A stretch of 64,000 nt of DNA. It comes from Candidatus Poribacteria bacterium. GTDB taxonomy: Bacteria > Poribacteria > WGA-4E > WGA-3G. The position numbers and the translations under genes are program-made. The notes under the pieces are model-generated. The model was not told the origin of the DNA and made no database searches. It worked only from the letters and a program-made list of their open reading frames with translations. Position 1 is the first letter of the stretch, and each line of letters starts with the position of its first letter. The stretch is from positions 832,001 to 896,000 of the forward strand of contig CAXXUA010000005.1 of NCBI GenBank assembly GCA_963663765.2, written 5' to 3'. Shown here in pieces: positions 8,506 to 18,140 of this stretch.

Positions 8506-9609
8506 CTATCTTTCATAGATGGGTAGCAAACGATAGTTCAAAGCTAAGGTAAGAACTGCCATTCCAGTACCATAGGCTTTGCCATAAGAACTGTTGAAAC
8601 TTCCATCTTGTTGTTGCATTTTTTGTAACCGGGTTATTGTGCGTTCATTCCAAGATTGCCATGCCTCGAAATCAGTTTGAAACAGTGCCTGCGCCATATA
8701 ATATAATGTATAGAACTGATAATGACTACCTATGCTGTGATTTATCCTGCGTTTTATATATTCTGAAGTTGATTTATATTCTGGAGTATCTTTTCTCTTG
8801 CCAATAGCATATACGAGTGTTGCAATAGCAGACCTTGTGAGACCATCACCGTGGCTGCTTGATGGCATATATGAAACGCCCCCTCCTCGTTTTGTGCATG
8901 TTTGGAAAAAGTTGAGTGCTTTGTCAATGGTTTCATTTGAGATTTCAATCCCCGCATTTCGTGCACCGAAGATTCCCATTAGAACGGTTCCAGCGACGGT
9001 TGTATCTGCATCTCTTGCTGTGGGAGAATAACGCCATGCCCCCCAAGGATTCTTTTTTTGTGCAGTCAAAGCGCATCTGACCCCGAGTTCTAATGCTTCA
9101 CTGATTGTGCGTCTACGGCTTTGAGGTATATCACTTTCTTGCCAGAGCAGATCTTCCCTGACTGCACCATACGCTTCTGATAGAGCTAATGTTGCGAAAC
9201 CGTGTTGGTACATTGAGGCGTGTCCCCTCGTTCCCATGTATCCTGTTTTTGGGTTTTGGCTGGCGATCATATTTTGTAAAGCCTTACGTATATGTGTTGC
9301 ATAAGGTCCATAGTCAGGGTCTTCTCCACTTGCCATCAATGCCATCACGCAAATACCTGTTACACCAGGTCCTTTTTGAGATCCTTTCCAACTTCCATCT
9401 TGTAACTGGGTGTTAGCGAGGTATCGTAGACATCGATCATTGATACTCCTTACCGTAGGTGAGACACCAGTTCCGTAACGTAGGGTAGGGTCTTGTGCGT
9501 AGGTTGAATTGCTAAAAGATGTGATTAGCAGGATAAGGAAACCAAGGACACTGAAAATCAATAAGTGATAATGTTTCAGTAAACCTGTAACTTTGTTGTA
9601 TTTTGTCAT
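8506..9609 (-). CDS. Prenyltransferase/squalene-oxidase repeat (QW-motif alpha/alpha barrel) protein
   Basis: YLANTQLQDGSW, MYQHGFATLALSEAYG, GAWRY, LQKMQQQDGSF and terminal YRLLPIYER. Start placed at MTKYNK, which precedes a signal/anchor segment. Confidence 0.85.
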   Translation of the reverse strand: MTKYNKVTGLLKHYHLLIFSVLGFLILLITSFSNSTYAQDPTLRYGTGVSPTVRSINDRCLRYLANTQLQDGSWKGSQKGPGVTGICVMALMASGEDPDYGPYATHIRKALQNMIASQNPKTGYMGTRGHASMYQHGFATLALSEAYGAVREDLLWQESDIPQSRRRTISEALELGVRCALTAQKKNPWGAWRYSPTARDADTTVAGTVLMGIFGARNAGIEISNETIDKALNFFQTCTKRGGGVSYMPSSSHGDGLTRSAIATLVYAIGKRKDTPEYKSTSEYIKRRINHSIGSHYQFYTLYYMAQALFQTDFEAWQSWNERTITRLQKMQQQDGSFNSSYGKAYGTGMAVLTLALNYRLLPIYER

Positions 9610-9611
9610 AA

Positions 9612-11273
9612 TTATCTTCCACCTTTCAATGCACTTTTCTGCCAAGGATTCAATATCTGGTCGTCCATCCAAATGAGATATTCAAGAAACATCACTTGAA
9701 GTCCTTCATTGCTCAACGAGGGTAAAGTCAAATGTGTTGTTATCCTTTTTAGTTTGTTAAGTTGCAAATCGTTAAATAGGAAAATTATATCCCAATAAGC
9801 CACAAGAAAATTTTGTAATGTATTGGCTCTAAATTTCTCTCGTTCCGTTTGTCGTGCTTTATATAGGAAATAAGCATTTTCAGATAGGACGTCTTTGATT
9901 GCTTGTTGGAATAGGGGGTGACTTGTAATCATGTTAAGTTCCGTTGCTTTCCATTGTTCATTTTTGTCACTTTCACCCCATAATTCTTTCTTCAAGGACT
10001 CAAGATTCTCTAAAGCCTGTTCGTGGGAAATATTTTGCAACATGAATTTCTGCGCAAAAAATCCTATTTTTGAAAGGAATTCGGAATTGTCATCAAAGTC
10101 CGGTAATTCCAATTCAATATATTGTTGGCTCACGCCTTTGATAACTATTTCCAAACGTTTTGATGCTTTTTCGTTGAACGTGCCTAACTGCTCAATATGT
10201 GATTTAAGTATTGCTTCAGCCAAAATCCATGTTTGAGAATTGTATGGACTTTCATTTGTCCAATCTTTCTCTGTTGTATTTTCCGATGGCACTTCAGAAA
10301 ATTCAATAGCAAGTAATTCCTTATGATCATCTTGCATATCAACTAATATTTGCCAAATTCTATACTGGGTTTGGTTCAATATAGTATCCATTGGAATTTT
10401 CAATTCATTTTGTAGAAGATTTACCACTCGCTTGCGAAATGATACCCCCATTAACATTCCAATAAAAGAGACACCGTACTTTCCACTTGGGGAGTCAAGC
10501 ATTAATTTTGCAAAGTTTTCGCGCTGACTGACTGTTAGGTTTAGTTTTTGATCAACGAACGCTATTATTAATTGAATATTGGCTTTCTGAAGGTTACGTT
10601 TCCGCGCATTGGTGTAATTGATATAATCTTGAAGTTGTTTTTCTGTGAGGTACTTGGTAAACGTTACCTTGAAATCAGGTTTTGACAACATTGCGACAAT
10701 AAAAGCTGCGCTGACATAATCATTTATCGGTCCGAAGTCTTTCAGTTCTTGGTCTCCCTGTTCCATCACTGTATTGAATGCTTCAAGAATTGACTCTTGT
10801 AGTGTTTCAACAATAGTCTCGTCCAATTTGTAACGTTTACCGATATCTTCTGCGACATGTTGTAATATGCATTGATACACACGGTTCTCAAAATCACCTT
10901 TTTTTAACATTTTGAACCGGTCAAAGATTTCACCCCCAGGAACAACGATCTTCTGTTTTCCACTTCGAGGATGATACCCTTTCTTGGATATACTGATAGT
11001 ATATCGTCCTGCTGTAAGACCTGTAAATTCATATTTACCTTTGGCATCAGTTTTTACTGTCCACTCTTTTCCATCTGAACTAACAATCTTAACTGTAACA
11101 CCTTCAATTGGGTTTAGGTCTTTCGTTGCTTCAATAACTTCGCCTCGGATGGTGCCTCCCTTTGCAGCATTGTCTTCTGCAAGTGCAACGCATGCGGATA
11201 TACCGATACAAATGATTGCTATAAGCACAATACTACAACGGTTCATTTTCTTCATCATCTTCCTCTCATTCAT
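9612..11273 (-). CDS. Secreted protein with carboxypeptidase-regulatory-like (transthyretin-fold) N-domain and helical C-region
   Basis: Signal peptide, then GTIRGEV..PIEGVTVKI..TDAKGKYEFTGLTAGRYTISISKKGY. Confidence 0.7.
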   Translation of the reverse strand: MNERKMMKKMNRCSIVLIAIICIGISACVALAEDNAAKGGTIRGEVIEATKDLNPIEGVTVKIVSSDGKEWTVKTDAKGKYEFTGLTAGRYTISISKKGYHPRSGKQKIVVPGGEIFDRFKMLKKGDFENRVYQCILQHVAEDIGKRYKLDETIVETLQESILEAFNTVMEQGDQELKDFGPINDYVSAAFIVAMLSKPDFKVTFTKYLTEKQLQDYINYTNARKRNLQKANIQLIIAFVDQKLNLTVSQRENFAKLMLDSPSGKYGVSFIGMLMGVSFRKRVVNLLQNELKIPMDTILNQTQYRIWQILVDMQDDHKELLAIEFSEVPSENTTEKDWTNESPYNSQTWILAEAILKSHIEQLGTFNEKASKRLEIVIKGVSQQYIELELPDFDDNSEFLSKIGFFAQKFMLQNISHEQALENLESLKKELWGESDKNEQWKATELNMITSHPLFQQAIKDVLSENAYFLYKARQTEREKFRANTLQNFLVAYWDIIFLFNDLQLNKLKRITTHLTLPSLSNEGLQVMFLEYLIWMDDQILNPWQKSALKGGR

Positions 11274-11291
11274 CTTATACCATAAAATAAG

Positions 11292-11413
11292 CGGGGCTTA
11301 CGCACCCAACGGTAGGCGCGCTTTGTAAGCGCGCTGGAAACCGAAAAAATGCTGAAAATTACACCATTTTCGTCATAATTCTTCATCAAATCATGAAAAC
11401 TGCGTAAGTCCTG
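11292..11413 (+). mobile_element. MITE family B (CAGGACTTACGCA...TGCGTAAGTCCTG)
   Basis: 13-bp terminal inverted repeats, degenerate on the left; 5-bp duplication ATAAG on both sides. Confidence 0.85.
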
Positions 11414-11867
11414 ATAAGATACCATTTGTTGACGTGTTCTTGTAGGAGGGACCTCCCGGTCACTCCTACCTTAGGAAACCTATGTTAGCATGTGTGATTA
11501 ATCAGCAATTGAATGTCTCTGGATAAGGATTATCAACTTATGTATAAAACTGTCCAAACTTTGGTATCAATCAGACATTTTTCTTGTATGTAGGTATTTT
11601 CAATAAGGGTGAATATTAAAAGTTACGTTCAGCGTATAATTGGATTTGTAAAGTTTAGTTGTTTTTTTCGTGTTTTTTATAATTTTTTCAAAAGTCTTTT
11701 CGATCCTGTCGTGGCATGGGTTTATATTGATTTTTTATTTTAACGAAATTTTGAAAAAAACAACTAAATGGCTCATTCGGCAATTAATTTTAGCATAAAA
11801 TAAAAGTCCAATGCTGAAGAACCCAGTAGTCATATGTTTAAGTAGTAGATCGTCAATGGAAACATAT

Positions 11868-12060
11868 CAGGACTTACGCACCCAACGGTAGGCGGTGAAT
11901 GCCTAAATGGCATTCATACCCGGGGAATGCCAAAAGGCATTCATACCGTTGATTTCTTGATTTGGTGCTTTGTAAGCGCGCCGGAAACCTAAAAAATGCT
12001 GAAAATTACATCATTTTCGTCTTAATTCTTGATTGGATCATGAAAACTGCGTAAGTCCTG
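11868..12060 (+). mobile_element. MITE family B with nested mini-elements
   Basis: Perfect 13-bp TIRs and 5-bp duplication CATAT. Two nested GAATGCC..GGCATTC modules at 11894-11964. Confidence 0.9.
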
Positions 12061-12181
12061 CATATAATAAATACTAAGCAAGAAAACAACTAAATGGATT
12101 TTTTATCGTTTTTTTGTTGTGTCTTTTGTTTTGGATTTGTCAACTGTTAATGAATTGTATAATCTACCAAAATTAAAGAAT

Positions 12182-13126
12182 TTAGTCTTGAATATTAGCC
12201 AAACCTGTTTGCCATTCCTTGCCTTTCTTACCCGCATAAAGCATCACGTAGGAATCGTCGATTTTAAGGATTTGACCTGTTAACACACCATCACAATCAA
12301 ATGCATTGGGATCTTCCGAAGGTGTAAATATAGGGTTATATGGGTTCGGTTCAAAGGTATGAAAATCGCGAGTTCTGATATGTCCCATCCGCCACACTTC
12401 TCCATCGAATCCACCGTAGATTACATGGTAATACTGCGGTCCTTTGAACACTTCAGTTTCACGAACACCCTTACTATCCCATGCCTGTCCACTTCCTGTG
12501 AAAACAGGATTGGCAGGATTTTTTGTCACCCACGCAGGATTGTTTGTCGGTGCAGTCGCATGACACATTGTGAGACCATCCTTAAAAGATTGTGTTGCCT
12601 TTCCAGTGTACAAGATGTGTATCGTGTCACCATCTATAGCGACTGAGGGATGGGTTGATCCGTGTCGTTCGTGTTCAGTATCTGCAGGAATGACAGGTGT
12701 GTGTTGGACGCGTCGCCATTCACCCATATCACCATCACTCACAAGTAAGCCAGTCTGTTCAGGAGTAATTTTTCCTTTACCCCGATAATACATATAGTAT
12801 TTATTATCTACAGGATTTAGAAAGGGAAAAGGATATTCAACAGCGGAATTGTCAAAACCGTCCGCTGAAGGTTCAAAAATAGGATTACGCGGATCCTGTG
12901 TGATGTTAGTGATGTCGTTGATAGGAGCAGTTGCGTGCATCATCAACCAACGAATATCTGCTTCACGTTTACACCATAAGTAGTGTAACGTGTCATCAAT
13001 AATTATGGCATGCGTTGCTGCTGCCCAGAGAGGCGGTGCAAGAGAGATGATTGGATTCCTTTCTTTGATCCTCTTGAAATTAGCAAACAACTCAAACGGA
13101 AGAACATCACTATGCAAATCAGTCAT
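12182..13126 (-). CDS. Five-bladed beta-propeller glycosidase (GH32/43/130-like)
   Basis: Repeated blades DPRNPIFEP..FD...VEYP, KNPANPVF..WDSKGV and PNPYNPIF..FDCDGV; YYMYYRG and VMLYAG. Confidence 0.7.
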   Translation of the reverse strand: MTDLHSDVLPFELFANFKRIKERNPIISLAPPLWAAATHAIIIDDTLHYLWCKREADIRWLMMHATAPINDITNITQDPRNPIFEPSADGFDNSAVEYPFPFLNPVDNKYYMYYRGKGKITPEQTGLLVSDGDMGEWRRVQHTPVIPADTEHERHGSTHPSVAIDGDTIHILYTGKATQSFKDGLTMCHATAPTNNPAWVTKNPANPVFTGSGQAWDSKGVRETEVFKGPQYYHVIYGGFDGEVWRMGHIRTRDFHTFEPNPYNPIFTPSEDPNAFDCDGVLTGQILKIDDSYVMLYAGKKGKEWQTGLANIQD

Positions 13127-13156
13127 CGTTTTCCCTCTTTTCAGACTGTCGTATGC

Positions 13157-14383
13157 TTATTGTGTTCCTTCCAATACATTGAAATAAGCATCTAAACCTT
13201 GTCGAAATTCTTCGGGCAATACGCGTCCAGCTTTACCTGTTGCTTGTCTTGGTGAACGTTTTTCAATGAAAGCGGTTCCTGTGTCATCACCTGTGCCGAG
13301 GAGTCTGAGTGCTGACATTAATGAAGCAAGTGCTTTTCCTGATGCGCCGCCACCTGGTGTCTCTCCGCCTCCGCCTCCGCCTCCGCTGCTTGGTGTATTC
13401 GGTTCGCGTTGGGTTTGAAGGAGTATTTCAATCACTTCTGAAATCGCAGCGATTGCTTCAGGTCCCGTGTTAGGTTCTGCGAGAATAGATTCTGCTTCCT
13501 CCATTACTTCAGCTGCCATTCTCACTTTCTGGTATTGTCCTTGGATCTTAGGAGTATTCATGGTTGGCAGCAAACTTATTTCTCTTGCGACTTCACGAGT
13601 ATCCTCTGCGATTTCGTATTGTGTATCACTTAACGCTTCGCTCCGTTCTAAATATATGTCGTTGTTGAGAGCGTTTTTCGCTTGCTCGATCTCGCGCGTC
13701 TCTTCACGCAATTGAATTTCACGATTGATGATACGCAACACATCCAAGATGATTTCCGGTGGCAAGTTTGGCACCTCTCCCTGGCCACCCTCTTCTCCAG
13801 GTGGCGGAGGCTCGTCCATTGGATCAACCAATTGTTCTGCCCACCGATCCAGTGTATCTGCCCAATATTCCGCCTCAATGGTAGATTGTCCTATAAAATT
13901 CATACTGATCGCTCGGACAAGATCGCGCATCTGATTTTCTAAGGAAGCGTCTTCCATTTCTGCCAACACACGCAAGTAATTTGCTGAGGGACGTCGATCC
14001 GTATATGCTGCCATATCCTGTATGATAGTCGCAACATCTTTTGATGCAGTTCCTTCAAGGGTTGCTAAACGTTTGAGTTCCCTTTGATTATCCGCTTCCC
14101 TGTTAGGCACACCAAAACTGTCCAGATTATTCAGGTCAGATGCGATGTCTATTTGCTTCCGTGATGCTGCTTTCAGACGTTTCACAAACGTACTGTTTTC
14201 AAAAGCAACAAGTAGTTTCTTCATTTCATCAGATAATTTGTCAAAAGCGTCCAGCAATTCCTCCTGTTCTTCAAATGCTTGCAAAACTAAGTCTGATGCC
14301 TCTGGCGCAGGTGTGTTTTCTTCTTGAGTTTGGTCTTGATTGTTTCTACCGCTACCCTTTAGTGTCGTGTTAGGAATGCCCAT
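13157..14383 (-). CDS. C-terminal coiled-coil part of a DUF4175-like protein
   Basis: Ends AGRVLPEEFRQGLDAYFNVLE. In frame with 14399-16768 across a single TGA. Confidence 0.65.
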   Translation of the reverse strand: MGIPNTTLKGSGRNNQDQTQEENTPAPEASDLVLQAFEEQEELLDAFDKLSDEMKKLLVAFENSTFVKRLKAASRKQIDIASDLNNLDSFGVPNREADNQRELKRLATLEGTASKDVATIIQDMAAYTDRRPSANYLRVLAEMEDASLENQMRDLVRAISMNFIGQSTIEAEYWADTLDRWAEQLVDPMDEPPPPGEEGGQGEVPNLPPEIILDVLRIINREIQLREETREIEQAKNALNNDIYLERSEALSDTQYEIAEDTREVAREISLLPTMNTPKIQGQYQKVRMAAEVMEEAESILAEPNTGPEAIAAISEVIEILLQTQREPNTPSSGGGGGGGETPGGGASGKALASLMSALRLLGTGDDTGTAFIEKRSPRQATGKAGRVLPEEFRQGLDAYFNVLEGTQ

Positions 14384-14398
14384 TCCTCCAGCCCCTTG

Positions 14399-16768
14399 TC
14401 AGGTAGGACCTTCTCGTGGGTCGTCAAGTGGGTTGAATCCTGATTCAACATCTGATAGGCCGGGGGTTGGATTCGCTGGTGAAAATGTTGGCTTACCGCC
14501 TTGGGGGGGTTTACTGCGGTCAGTACTAACTGAATCACCTTGTTTATTAGGATCGTCAGGCATTTCTTCGTCTGCTTTTTCAGCAGGCACCTTGATATCC
14601 GGTCCATACTTCTCAAGTTCGTCATCAGACTTTTTGGTTTCGCTATCTGATGGTGAGGATTGTCCATCTGCTGCTTGGTTTTGCTGTTGTGATGGGTCAG
14701 TAGCTTTACCATTTTGATCAGATGGACTTGATTGTCCATTTTCTGATTGATTTTGTTGCTGTGATGGATCCGTAGGTTTACCGCTCTGTTCAGAAGGATT
14801 TGATTGTCCATCTGCTGCTTGGTTTTGCTGTTGTGATGGGTCAGTCGGTTTACCATTTTGATCAGATGGACTTGATTGTCCTGGTGCTTCAGCTGCTTGT
14901 GCAAGTAAATCAGCAACAGATGGCATTTGCTTTCCAGCGATCTCTTCTAACTGATTTAGCATTTTAGCCCATGATTCAAGTTGTTTACCATCAAACTCAC
15001 TGTTTTTTGATGCTTCCTGAAGCAATTCTTCCCCAGATCCGATGAGGCTATCAAGTTTTGCTGCGTTAGCGCGTTCCAATGCGGCTTGATTCTGGAGTGT
15101 TTTCCGCTGTGCTGGGTCATCAAGTTCCTCTGGAGACATATCGCGAAGTTCGCTATTGGTTTGGTGTAGCATTAGTTCTTTATCGTGAACATCCTTTGCT
15201 GCACCTGTCCAAAGTTGCATCTGCCCGATGAGCCATTTGTAGTGATCTGCAGGTGAAAGTACGTGCATCACTATCTGCGGAGAATAGATGCGTTCTCGAT
15301 TTGGATAATAATCTTCCACGAAAGCACGCAAACGTAGACTCTGGGGTTTCACATTTTCGCGTTCAACGGAGAATGTTGCGGGGACGATAAGTTCGTCAGA
15401 AGTTGGAGAACCTGCGGACACAGTTTTCTCGCCTATTGCTGGATCAGGATTTTGAATGGGGTTCTTGATACCTTCCCATGCTAAACCGATATGTTTGACA
15501 CCGAAGTCATCTCCCGCTTGAATCTCAAATGTGAGTACGTCTGTAGAGAGATAAACTTGGTTATTTTTTAGTTTGGTGATTGCGACTGTCGGTTCAGCAT
15601 CTTCTTGCGCTTCAAACTGCAGTACTTGTGGTTCACTTGCAGCGAGTCCATAGCGGTCACGCCATGTTAAATGCATCTCCGTAGTGGTATCCACCGAAAT
15701 TGCTTCGGTTATTACACGTTCACCATCTACCTTTTGGGGACGGTTATTTAAGGTTGCTTCTGATAATTCACGCGTCGTCGTTGCTTCCAAAGTTGCGGTG
15801 CTACCTTTGACTAAGTTCACGATACCGCCACGGACATCATCTATTCGTGGTTCTTCGTGCTGCAAGTAGTCGGGGAGTTGGACTTTGGCAATAAGTTCTT
15901 TTAATGCAGGACGCAATTTCGGTTCAATCGGGATTGAACGGCGTGCATCTCCAACTCGTAGTTTGATCTCTCCATCCTCAGTTTGCGGCGGTAATTGGAA
16001 TTTGTAAGTTTCTCCATCTCGTTTTGTGGTTATGGGTTCTTGTTTCGCGTAGCGAGCTTCACCTGCTTCAGGTTTCCATGGGGAATCGTCTTTGAGTTGT
16101 GCTTCAACGTCAAATGGTTCTGCATACGCCACAACGCGCAAGTCAGGTTTTCCATCTAACTGCGCAAAAGTAAGTCGATCCACATCTCGCCAGGGTGTCA
16201 TCCAACGTGCAAGCGCATTCCGCGTCGTAGCAGGAATTACAAGTACGCCGATAAGTACCAACACTAACGGTATACCAGCTGCCAATACCCAACGTCTGTG
16301 CTGTGGATTCGGTACAGCTTCAGAAAGGTTGTGTTTTGCGACCTCTTCATCAACTTGTCGCATAGCTGCTGCAACCAGTGCGGGACTTGCGGATTGATCA
16401 GTCCTTTCCGATGCCAGTTCTATGATGCCAAGGACGTGATCACCAAACCGGGGAAACTTGTGCTGTAACAACCGTGCAATTCCTTCAAGTTGTCTATTTT
16501 GCCACACCCATTTGTGGTATTTCATCGGAAGAAAAACCACCATGCCTACCATGCCTATTACCAAGATGAGTGCGCGTAGAAGTGCTGGCGTATCAATCAG
16601 TCGGTCTAAACCAAACACAATGAGATACGAAATTATGAGTCCGAAGAGTGCTGCTAACGTGCCTTCTGCAAGTTTGATTATCCATACACGTTTTCTGTAT
16701 TTTTCTAATGCGTTTTTCATACGCGGGGGTAGATTGACCCCGCTATTTTGTTGGTGTGTTTGGTTCAT
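14399..16768 (-). CDS. DUF4175-like membrane-anchored coiled-coil protein (N-terminal part)
   Basis: Three N-terminal TM segments, Ig-like middle region (AGDDFGVKHIGL) and a Q/S/P-rich repeat. Typical position in MoxR/vWA operons. Confidence 0.7.
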   Translation of the reverse strand: MNQTHQQNSGVNLPPRMKNALEKYRKRVWIIKLAEGTLAALFGLIISYLIVFGLDRLIDTPALLRALILVIGMVGMVVFLPMKYHKWVWQNRQLEGIARLLQHKFPRFGDHVLGIIELASERTDQSASPALVAAAMRQVDEEVAKHNLSEAVPNPQHRRWVLAAGIPLVLVLIGVLVIPATTRNALARWMTPWRDVDRLTFAQLDGKPDLRVVAYAEPFDVEAQLKDDSPWKPEAGEARYAKQEPITTKRDGETYKFQLPPQTEDGEIKLRVGDARRSIPIEPKLRPALKELIAKVQLPDYLQHEEPRIDDVRGGIVNLVKGSTATLEATTTRELSEATLNNRPQKVDGERVITEAISVDTTTEMHLTWRDRYGLAASEPQVLQFEAQEDAEPTVAITKLKNNQVYLSTDVLTFEIQAGDDFGVKHIGLAWEGIKNPIQNPDPAIGEKTVSAGSPTSDELIVPATFSVERENVKPQSLRLRAFVEDYYPNRERIYSPQIVMHVLSPADHYKWLIGQMQLWTGAAKDVHDKELMLHQTNSELRDMSPEELDDPAQRKTLQNQAALERANAAKLDSLIGSGEELLQEASKNSEFDGKQLESWAKMLNQLEEIAGKQMPSVADLLAQAAEAPGQSSPSDQNGKPTDPSQQQNQAADGQSNPSEQSGKPTDPSQQQNQSENGQSSPSDQNGKATDPSQQQNQAADGQSSPSDSETKKSDDELEKYGPDIKVPAEKADEEMPDDPNKQGDSVSTDRSKPPQGGKPTFSPANPTPGLSDVESGFNPLDDPREGPT
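14650..14880 (-). repeat. Intragenic ~72-bp repeat, about 3 copies (QSSPSDQNGKPTDPSQQQNQAADG)
   Basis: Visible in both DNA and protein translation. Confidence 0.85.
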
Positions 16769-16843
16769 TGAAGTTCTCCTTTGGTGTGCCTATTTGTTTT
16801 CTATTTCAATGTAAATTCTGATAATGTTTTATGAATACTTAAA

Positions 16844-16936
16844 CTATATCGTACCTGCCATCTTTCGTGCAACCCAAAATAACGCAAGCAGTAAGATAAT
16901 CAGTCCGCCCGAAAGCGGGTGCGACCAGATACATGT
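16844..16936 (-). repeat. Duplicated 3' end (93 bp) of the vWA gene 19756-21963
   Basis: Matches 19756-19848 with about 6 mismatches; the two copies bound the defence cassette. Confidence 0.9.
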
Positions 16937-16945
16937 TTGATTTGG

Positions 16946-18124
16946 TTAACGTGACAGGAGATACGACTCTGACTTATAATGTGTATCAATTCGGTGTTCC
17001 CTCGGCAGATAAATTGCAACTGGAATATTGAATCCATGTAGATTCTGACACATTAAGGGACCAACATGTTTCCAATCTAACCCACCCAAACCGCAACCGA
17101 GGGCAGGTATTGCAAGCGACTGTATTCCTTCTTTGCGATAATTGTTTTGAATCCATTTAAGACCACCTTCAATATCATCTAAACGTGAGTTGTCTTTCCA
17201 ATGTCGTTTCGTTGCAAAAAGCAGGAACCACTTCACAGAATTAGGAGTAACAAGTGGTGTCCCAAGGTCAGCTAATTCCTCATCTAATGAACTTTCACGT
17301 TTGTAGAGATAAGGTTTTGTGGCTGTGATGCGCTTTGCACGGCAAACATCTTGGTATGCTACATAGACATCGGGAAACTGATATTTGGCACGTGAGGCTA
17401 ATCCTTTACCCATAATTCCTTGTAGATTAACACTAATTGTTAGTGTTTGTAGGTTTGAGAAGAACATATCTCCATCAATCAGTGAAATGTTGTCTCCTAT
17501 TTTTGTTCGGCTGTAAGGTTGAAAAAACATGTCAGGTTCAGAGCTTACGGCAATATTAGCATCTCCAATATTTTTCTGAATAACTTCTCGCACTGAATTG
17601 TTTGCAACATAGATATTTTGAATATATTCAGGTTTGACATGCTTGGGAATCAGACATTCTGCCATAATTTTACGTTTTGATCCATCATCTCTATTCCACC
17701 AATCGTTCCGAATTATAGACCACTGTTTCCTAATGATTTCTAATCCTTTGGAAGGATAATAAAACTGCGTTGCCTCATGCGCTGCATTTCCATCCGTGAT
17801 AAATACTTCTTGTTCATTCAACACTCTTTTATTGATACCGACAACAGCAAGATTTTTGGAGTCTTTTTCATGGACAACACGGTACATCATTGCATTGCGA
17901 GGTTGGAAGTAAAGGTTAGCATAAGACCAAAGTCTCCTTTTATTAGGTGCCATTATTTGACTACGCCGACTGACGATATCTGCATCATAGATAGGGGTTG
18001 TGTGTACTCCTTCTGTTTCAATTTTTTCGTGTGAGAAAACCCCTCGTGCAAGGATAGAAGGGAGATTGTCTAAGTGCGTGATGTAGTAGAGTTCGTGTAT
18101 GTCTAATTTTGGCATAATATTCAC
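16946..18124 (-). CDS. DarT (DUF4433 DNA ADP-ribosyltransferase) - DarG macrodomain fusion
   Basis: DarT motifs LYYITHLDNLPSIL..G, YANLYFQPRNAMMY, FITDGNAA and KRKIMAECLI. Macrodomain motifs GDMF, SVNLQGIMGKGLA, FATKRHW and SLAIPALGCGLGGLDW. Confidence 0.9.
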   Translation of the reverse strand: MNIMPKLDIHELYYITHLDNLPSILARGVFSHEKIETEGVHTTPIYDADIVSRRSQIMAPNKRRLWSYANLYFQPRNAMMYRVVHEKDSKNLAVVGINKRVLNEQEVFITDGNAAHEATQFYYPSKGLEIIRKQWSIIRNDWWNRDDGSKRKIMAECLIPKHVKPEYIQNIYVANNSVREVIQKNIGDANIAVSSEPDMFFQPYSRTKIGDNISLIDGDMFFSNLQTLTISVNLQGIMGKGLASRAKYQFPDVYVAYQDVCRAKRITATKPYLYKRESSLDEELADLGTPLVTPNSVKWFLLFATKRHWKDNSRLDDIEGGLKWIQNNYRKEGIQSLAIPALGCGLGGLDWKHVGPLMCQNLHGFNIPVAIYLPREHRIDTHYKSESYLLSR

Positions 18125-18140
18125 CTAATACCAGAAACAC

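Noticed and set aside
8506-9609. Squalene-hopene cyclase / terpene biosynthesis
   Set aside because: Single barrel with an export signal and no DxDD motif; it fits the MoxR-operon prenyltransferase-like family.
11620-11820. Possible further MITE or ncRNA (TTTAGTTGTTTTTTT / AAAAAAACAACTAAA inverted repeat)
   Set aside because: Low-complexity AT-rich sequence with no clear termini, TSD or full second copy.
14399-14401. Selenocysteine codon or genetic-code reassignment at the in-frame TGA
   Set aside because: The context is a low-complexity linker with no redox motif, and TGA terminates other genes normally in this window (e.g. moxR and the vWA gene).
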